A stretch of 64,000 nucleotides of DNA from a virus. The notes beneath the pieces were generated by a model. The model did not search any database and was not told the origin of the DNA. It saw nothing but the letters and a program-made list of their open reading frames with translations. A program made the position numbers and the translations under genes. Shown here piece after piece: positions 59,646 to 64,000 of this stretch (position 1 is the stretch's first letter; every line of letters begins with the position of its first letter). The DNA lies in IMG/VR virus record IMGVR_UViG_3300028920_000037, positions 1 through 64,000 of that record; one strand, given 5' to 3'.

Positions 59646-60266
59646 ATGGCTACAAAGCGGGCATTTACACCGTACGACGCGGATCTTGAGAAGCGTACGT
59701 ACGACGCAGCATACTACGAGAATCACGTCAAGTACTACGAGAAGGGCATTCCGTTCTTTGAATCGTACGTACGAGACAACTTTGAGTTTGAATCGATCGC
59801 TGATTGTGGTTGCGGAACGGGTGCCTTCGTCGCCGGGTTCCAAGACGACAAGAAGGTCTTTGGATTCGACTATTCTAACGGCTCAAAGGAAGTTACATTT
59901 CTCAAACCTGAAAACTTCCATGAGGCTGACCTTACTGAATCAGGTGCAACGGCGATCGCGCAGGGGGTCGACATCGTGATCTCGCTTGAGGTGTATGAAC
60001 ACATCAAACCGGCGTTTGAGGACAACTACCTTGAAAACGTTTTCGGTCTTGGCGCAAAACACGTCATCATCAGCTGCGCACCACCTAAGCAGTGGGGACG
60101 ACATCACTACAACTGCAAGTCAACAGATGAGGTCAAGGAAACGGTTGGAGAAAAGTTTCCTCAGTATGAGATCGACGAAGAGCGCACCGAAGCGTTCAAG
60201 AGGATCAAGAAGCTTGCGTCATTCTATCGTAAGAACACAATGGTCTTTCGTAAGAAGGGCGTCTGA
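59646..60266 (+). CDS. Class I SAM-dependent methyltransferase
   Basis: DCGCGTG, GFD, ADL, SLEVYEHI. Confidence 0.85.
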   Translation: MATKRAFTPYDADLEKRTYDAAYYENHVKYYEKGIPFFESYVRDNFEFESIADCGCGTGAFVAGFQDDKKVFGFDYSNGSKEVTFLKPENFHEADLTESGATAIAQGVDIVISLEVYEHIKPAFEDNYLENVFGLGAKHVIISCAPPKQWGRHHYNCKSTDEVKETVGEKFPQYEIDEERTEAFKRIKKLASFYRKNTMVFRKKGV

Positions 60267-60314
60267 ACATAAACAAACGGATAAAGTAAGGTAAAAGAAC
60301 CGAAAGGAACAAAG

Positions 60315-61232
60315 ATGGCAATCGATCTTGAAGCAATTCGACGGAAGATGGAAAAACTTGGTGGAAAGCGCTCAGGAGTCCAGCTGTGGAAGCCGACGGA
60401 ACCCGGCGACTACAGGATAAGGGCCCTTCCATGGCCAGACGCTCTCACCGCAGACGGTACACCGTTTGTTGAGCGTTACTTCTACTACATTGGTGACAAT
60501 AGCGGAATCCTCGCACCAAAGCAGTTCGGCGAAGAAGATCCAGTCGCAGTTCTTATCGATGCACTGTTTAAGTCAGGTGAAGAAAGCGATCGTACGATCG
60601 CGAAGAAGCTACTGCCCAAGATGAGAGCGTACCTTCCGGTCATCGTCAAAGGTGAGGAAGATAAAGGCGTTCAGATCTACTCGTTCAATAGGGACGCGTA
60701 CAAACGTCTTTTGTCGTTCTTTATCAACGAAGAGATCGGTGACTTCCTCGATCCGCTTGATGGCTTTGACCTCACCGTCACCTTGACCGACAACGGACGT
60801 AGGTGGAAGGATAGGACAATGTACGATCAGACGATCGATGTATCGCGCTGGCCGTCGCCGCTATCAAAGTGGTTTGATGGTGACGAGGACAAGACCGAAG
60901 AAGTCCTGAAGAAGCTTCCAAACGTTGATGATCTCTATACCAACGCACGCAAGACGCCTGCTGAGGTTAAGGAAATCCTTGATAAGTGGCTGGCTGGTGA
61001 CGAAGAGGATACCGGCGAAGGCACGACTCGCGGCAAGAAGGAAGATGCGAAGCCTGAAAAGATCTCTGAGGGTAAGGGCGACAAGTCGGAGCCAGACGAT
61101 GAAAAGAAGGCTCCTGATGACGAGAAGCCCAAGGCACGCAAGCGTCGCGTCAAGAAGTCAGATTCTGACGATGTTGGTGAGGAAACGAGCCAATCGCTCG
61201 ACGAGGCGTTCGACGAGTTAATGGACGAGTAA
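60315..61232 (+). CDS. Single-stranded DNA-binding protein (gp32-like)
   Basis: LWKP..G...IRALP, GDFLDP.DGFDL, acidic tail LDEAFDELMDE. Confidence 0.8.
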   Translation: MAIDLEAIRRKMEKLGGKRSGVQLWKPTEPGDYRIRALPWPDALTADGTPFVERYFYYIGDNSGILAPKQFGEEDPVAVLIDALFKSGEESDRTIAKKLLPKMRAYLPVIVKGEEDKGVQIYSFNRDAYKRLLSFFINEEIGDFLDPLDGFDLTVTLTDNGRRWKDRTMYDQTIDVSRWPSPLSKWFDGDEDKTEEVLKKLPNVDDLYTNARKTPAEVKEILDKWLAGDEEDTGEGTTRGKKEDAKPEKISEGKGDKSEPDDEKKAPDDEKPKARKRRVKKSDSDDVGEETSQSLDEAFDELMDE

Positions 61233-61247
61233 GGCCTGACGTTGGAA

Positions 61248-61273
61248 GCTGCGCGGTACTTGTACCGCGCAGC
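61248..61273 (+). promoter_or_regulatory. Perfect 12-bp inverted repeat after SSB gene
   Basis: GCTGCGCGGTAC-tt-GTACCGCGCAGC, no U-tract. Confidence 0.6.
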
Positions 61274-61319
61274 ACGTCTATGCCTGAAGTGCGTGTGCAC
61301 GCCATGCAAGAGGACGAAA

Positions 61320-61595
61320 ATGGTCAGGAAAGACGTTTACAAGGTGATCGATGGTGAAAGGACGTACCAAGACGAGAAGTGGGGTGATACACTGTCTGGC
61401 GGACGTCCTGGAAACGGTGAGAGATCCGTCGACGAATTTGTATGCTATATCGCGGGATACACTAACGACATGGTGAAGGTTGCAAGTCACTTCGGAGATA
61501 CACAAGCAAAGCTTGATGTGATGCGAAAGGTCGCAGGTCTGTGCGTTGCCTGCTTCGAACAGCATGGTTGTCCAGAACGTAGGGTAGAGGAGTAA
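61320..61595 (+). CDS. Small helical protein, remote MazG-like
   Basis: ER.YQD.KWG...RKVAGLCVACFE; AGAGGA RBS. Confidence 0.5.
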   Translation: MVRKDVYKVIDGERTYQDEKWGDTLSGGRPGNGERSVDEFVCYIAGYTNDMVKVASHFGDTQAKLDVMRKVAGLCVACFEQHGCPERRVEE

Positions 61596-61597
61596 AG

Positions 61598-62842
61598 ATG
61601 GCGGCGAAAAAGAAGAAGGAACCTCAACTTGAACTTGATCCGACTGACGACATTGCAAAGGCCCTTATCAAGGACCTGAACAAGGAATTCGGCACCAGGA
61701 TCGCTTACAATCTTGCTGAAGCGTCTGCTCCGACGATCGTGAAGCACTGGATCGGCACAGGATCGCTGATGCTCAACTACGCCATTGCTAACAAACGTGG
61801 TGGAGGATATCCGGGTGGTCGCATTATCGAAGTCTCTGGTCTTGCGTCGACAGGAAAGTCACACCTTGCCTACGAGGCGGCACGGACTGTACAGCGACTC
61901 GGCGGCCTTGTTATCTACGTTGATACGGAGAACGCAACGCCTGTTGATAAGCTCGGAAGCATGGGAATCGATGTCAAGAAGCGCTTCGTTTATGTTGATA
62001 CGCATTGCACTGAAGAGGTCCTCACGGTGATCGATTCGATTATCAGGAAGGCGAAGTCTGTCTCAGGAAACATCCCGATCCTTGCGATCTGGGACTCTGT
62101 CGCTGCGACGGCACCGAAGGCAGAACTCGAAGGTGAGTATGATCAGAACACAGTCGGACTGCAAGCGAGGACCCTCAGCAAAGGCATGAGGAAGATCGTC
62201 GGCGTGTTGGGTGAGCACGGTGTCACGCTTCTGTGCATCAACCAGCTTCGCACGAAGATCGGTGTGAACTTTGGTGATCCATATGTGACTCCGGGCGGCG
62301 CAGCGATACCGTTCCATTCCTCAGTCCGTGTCAGGCTTACTGGCGAAGGTTCTCCGGTCAAGGACAAGTTTGGCAACGTCATCGGTATCAGGGTGCCGTT
62401 GAAGATCATGAAGAACAAGGTTGGCCCTCCGTTCAGGAACTTCTCGATCGAGATCCACTTCGGCAAGGGGATTGTGGAGACGGATGCCTTGATCGACGTT
62501 GGGATCGAGTACTGTGTCAAGCACGGTTCTGTACGACGCGACGGCAAGCTCCTGTCGATGACGGGCAAGGGAAAGCCCTGGAAGACGTTCATGGTCACGA
62601 CTGAAGACGGAGAGGTCCTGCTCGAAAAAAAGTTCCAGAAGGATTCGTTCGACAGCCTCTTGTACAATGAACCGGGCGTCAGCGACCTCATGTTGGAGTT
62701 CTACGACGGTGTACTCACGGTCGTTTACGGTGATGCAGATGTTGCCGAAGAAGATCTAAATCCAGAGACAGACGAAGAGGATATGGGCGAAGAGGAGAAC
62801 GTCAAGGCGACCAAGGAAGTGGAAGATGCTGCGGAGCTATGA
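61598..62842 (+). CDS. recA: RecA/UvsX recombinase
   Basis: Walker A GLASTGKS, YVDTE, WDSVAA, INQLR, TPGG, KNKVGPPF. Confidence 0.95.
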   Translation: MAAKKKKEPQLELDPTDDIAKALIKDLNKEFGTRIAYNLAEASAPTIVKHWIGTGSLMLNYAIANKRGGGYPGGRIIEVSGLASTGKSHLAYEAARTVQRLGGLVIYVDTENATPVDKLGSMGIDVKKRFVYVDTHCTEEVLTVIDSIIRKAKSVSGNIPILAIWDSVAATAPKAELEGEYDQNTVGLQARTLSKGMRKIVGVLGEHGVTLLCINQLRTKIGVNFGDPYVTPGGAAIPFHSSVRVRLTGEGSPVKDKFGNVIGIRVPLKIMKNKVGPPFRNFSIEIHFGKGIVETDALIDVGIEYCVKHGSVRRDGKLLSMTGKGKPWKTFMVTTEDGEVLLEKKFQKDSFDSLLYNEPGVSDLMLEFYDGVLTVVYGDADVAEEDLNPETDEEDMGEEENVKATKEVEDAAEL

Positions 62843-63304
62843 AGACATCAACAGGCAGCTGCATCCGAACGTTGGTGCTGTAGACGTTCACATCGAATCA
62901 CCCGATCTCGTTCCGACGCTGGGATCTGAACAGGCGGCTGGTTACGATATCAAGTCGAAAGAGGACTATGTTCTGAAACCAGGAGAGCGTAGGCTCTTTA
63001 GGCAGGTGTGTTTCTAAAGCTTCCTGATGAACTTGCGGCCATGGTTTGTTCGCGTTCGGGGCTGGCCCTTAAGAAGGGCGTTTACGTGCTGAACTCACCA
63101 GGCATCATCGATACAGACTATCGTGGTGAGATCGGCGCGATCCTACACAACGTAGGTGTCAACGCCGCGATGATTCAACGTGGTGATAGAATTGCTCAGC
63201 TCGTGTTCTTCCCGCGCTTCATCGTGCGGGGTGTAGAGATACCCCTTAGCGCGCTTGAAGATTCTTCTCGAGGTGCCGGTGGGTTCGGAAGCACCGGAGA
63301 GTGA
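62826..63304 (+). pseudogene. dut: Trimeric dUTPase split by a 1-nt frameshift near 63003
   Basis: AGYD (motif 1) in 62826..63017; SRSG, GIIDTDYRGE, RIAQ, RGAGGFGSTG in 63008..63304. Confidence 0.85.
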
Positions 63305-63570
63305 TGCCTGTTCATCCAACAAGAGTTGAGGTCTCTATCGAGCTTGAAGACCTTGCGCGAAGAGTCGCAGACCTCAGGTATGATGCGTTGGCGAGGTTCC
63401 TTGGGAACCTTGTCTGTGAGCTTTCGTCGGATGCCTCGAAGGACGAGGTGAGGGGCAGAAAACAGCTTGCGGCAAAGATGGACAACGCAATCAGAAACCT
63501 GAGGTTTGCTCGCTCGCATATGGACGAGGCGTGGCGTGTTTGTGCGCCACGCATGGATGAAGGTAAATGA
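63304..63570 (+). CDS. Hypothetical protein
   Basis: 88 aa, TGATG coupling. Confidence 0.55.
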   Translation: MPVHPTRVEVSIELEDLARRVADLRYDALARFLGNLVCELSSDASKDEVRGRKQLAAKMDNAIRNLRFARSHMDEAWRVCAPRMDEGK

Positions 63571-63622
63571 TAGTTCTGGAAGAACTTTTAAAAGATCATA
63601 AACCTTCGATCATTGATGTTAG

Positions 63623-64000
63623 TCAGGTTTCTTCATTTTCAAAGAAGCGTCGTTTTGCATCGCGCATTTTACGCCTTGTTTCTTCAGAGTGTCTTTTGCC
63701 TGTCATTGGTGCGTTTTCTCGCATCCATTGTGAATGTTTTTGAGAATGTTTTTCAAAAAAACCGTTCGCTCGCTTTGTTGCTACTGCTCGAACAGCAAGT
63801 TCTTTGCGTAATCCTGGATGTTCCTCGTTGAATTTCTGGCAGCTTTCTGAAATCTTCCTACGACGTGGAGCAGGTATCTTTCGACCTCGTTGCGCATCAC
63901 TGATCTTTTTACGTTGTTCAACGGGCATAGGACCGTGCTTACGTCCTTTGAGCTTTTGAGCTGATTTCTTGCCACAACCTGCTATGATCTTGCGTGCGTA
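63623..64000 (-). CDS. C-terminal NUMOD3-repeat part of a homing endonuclease; 5'-truncated by window
   Basis: Frame open to window edge; RKKISDAQRG, RRKISES, MTGKRHSEETRRKM. Confidence 0.7.
   Translation of the reverse strand, partial: YARKIIAGCGKKSAQKLKGRKHGPMPVEQRKKISDAQRGRKIPAPRRRKISESCQKFNEEHPGLRKELAVRAVATKRANGFFEKHSQKHSQWMRENAPMTGKRHSEETRRKMRDAKRRFFENEET

Noticed and set aside
57212-61595. PolA + HD + MazG-like genes resembling a Z-base (purZ/datZ/mazZ/dpoZ) cluster
   Set aside because: No purZ in the window, the HD protein looks YhaM-like, and the small protein lacks clear EExxE catalytic residues
1-64000. CRISPR array, tRNA genes, introns/inteins, stop-codon reassignment, reverse transcriptase/DGR
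   Set aside because: None seen by eye; core genes are uninterrupted and TAA, TGA and TAG all end genes. Dedicated scans were not run

Overview
A 64-kb slice of a large, contractile-tailed, T4-like dsDNA phage genome (standard code 11, almost all genes on +). Gene order: head module (portal C-terminus, prohead protease, scaffold, major capsid), an accessory patch with a complete tmRNA gene and an endolysin, Ser/Thr/Gly-rich virion or fibre proteins plus a patatin phospholipase, neck proteins, two tandem ~1000-aa tail sheath paralogues, tail tube, tail assembly chaperone, tape measure and baseplate, then a replication block (compact family-A polymerase, HD hydrolase, methyltransferase, gp32-like SSB, RecA/UvsX, frameshifted dUTPase). 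Six intact, decayed or partial free-standing endonuclease genes are interspersed. Most notable: (1) a recurring cassette in which a promoter element lies in the loop of a hairpin whose 3' arm buries a leaderless start codon, a possible filter that makes translation depend on where the transcript started; (2) a tmRNA whose acceptor stem has G4:U69 and G73 instead of the alanine identity elements G3:U70 and A73; (3) a probable +1/-2 programmed frameshift in the tail chaperone; (4) a TAnTTA late-promoter-like motif and a family of small late proteins sharing an N-terminal helix; (5) synonymous codon shifts at structural gene ends next to endonucleases. All calls were made by eye from motifs and synteny; no database search or folding computation was run.
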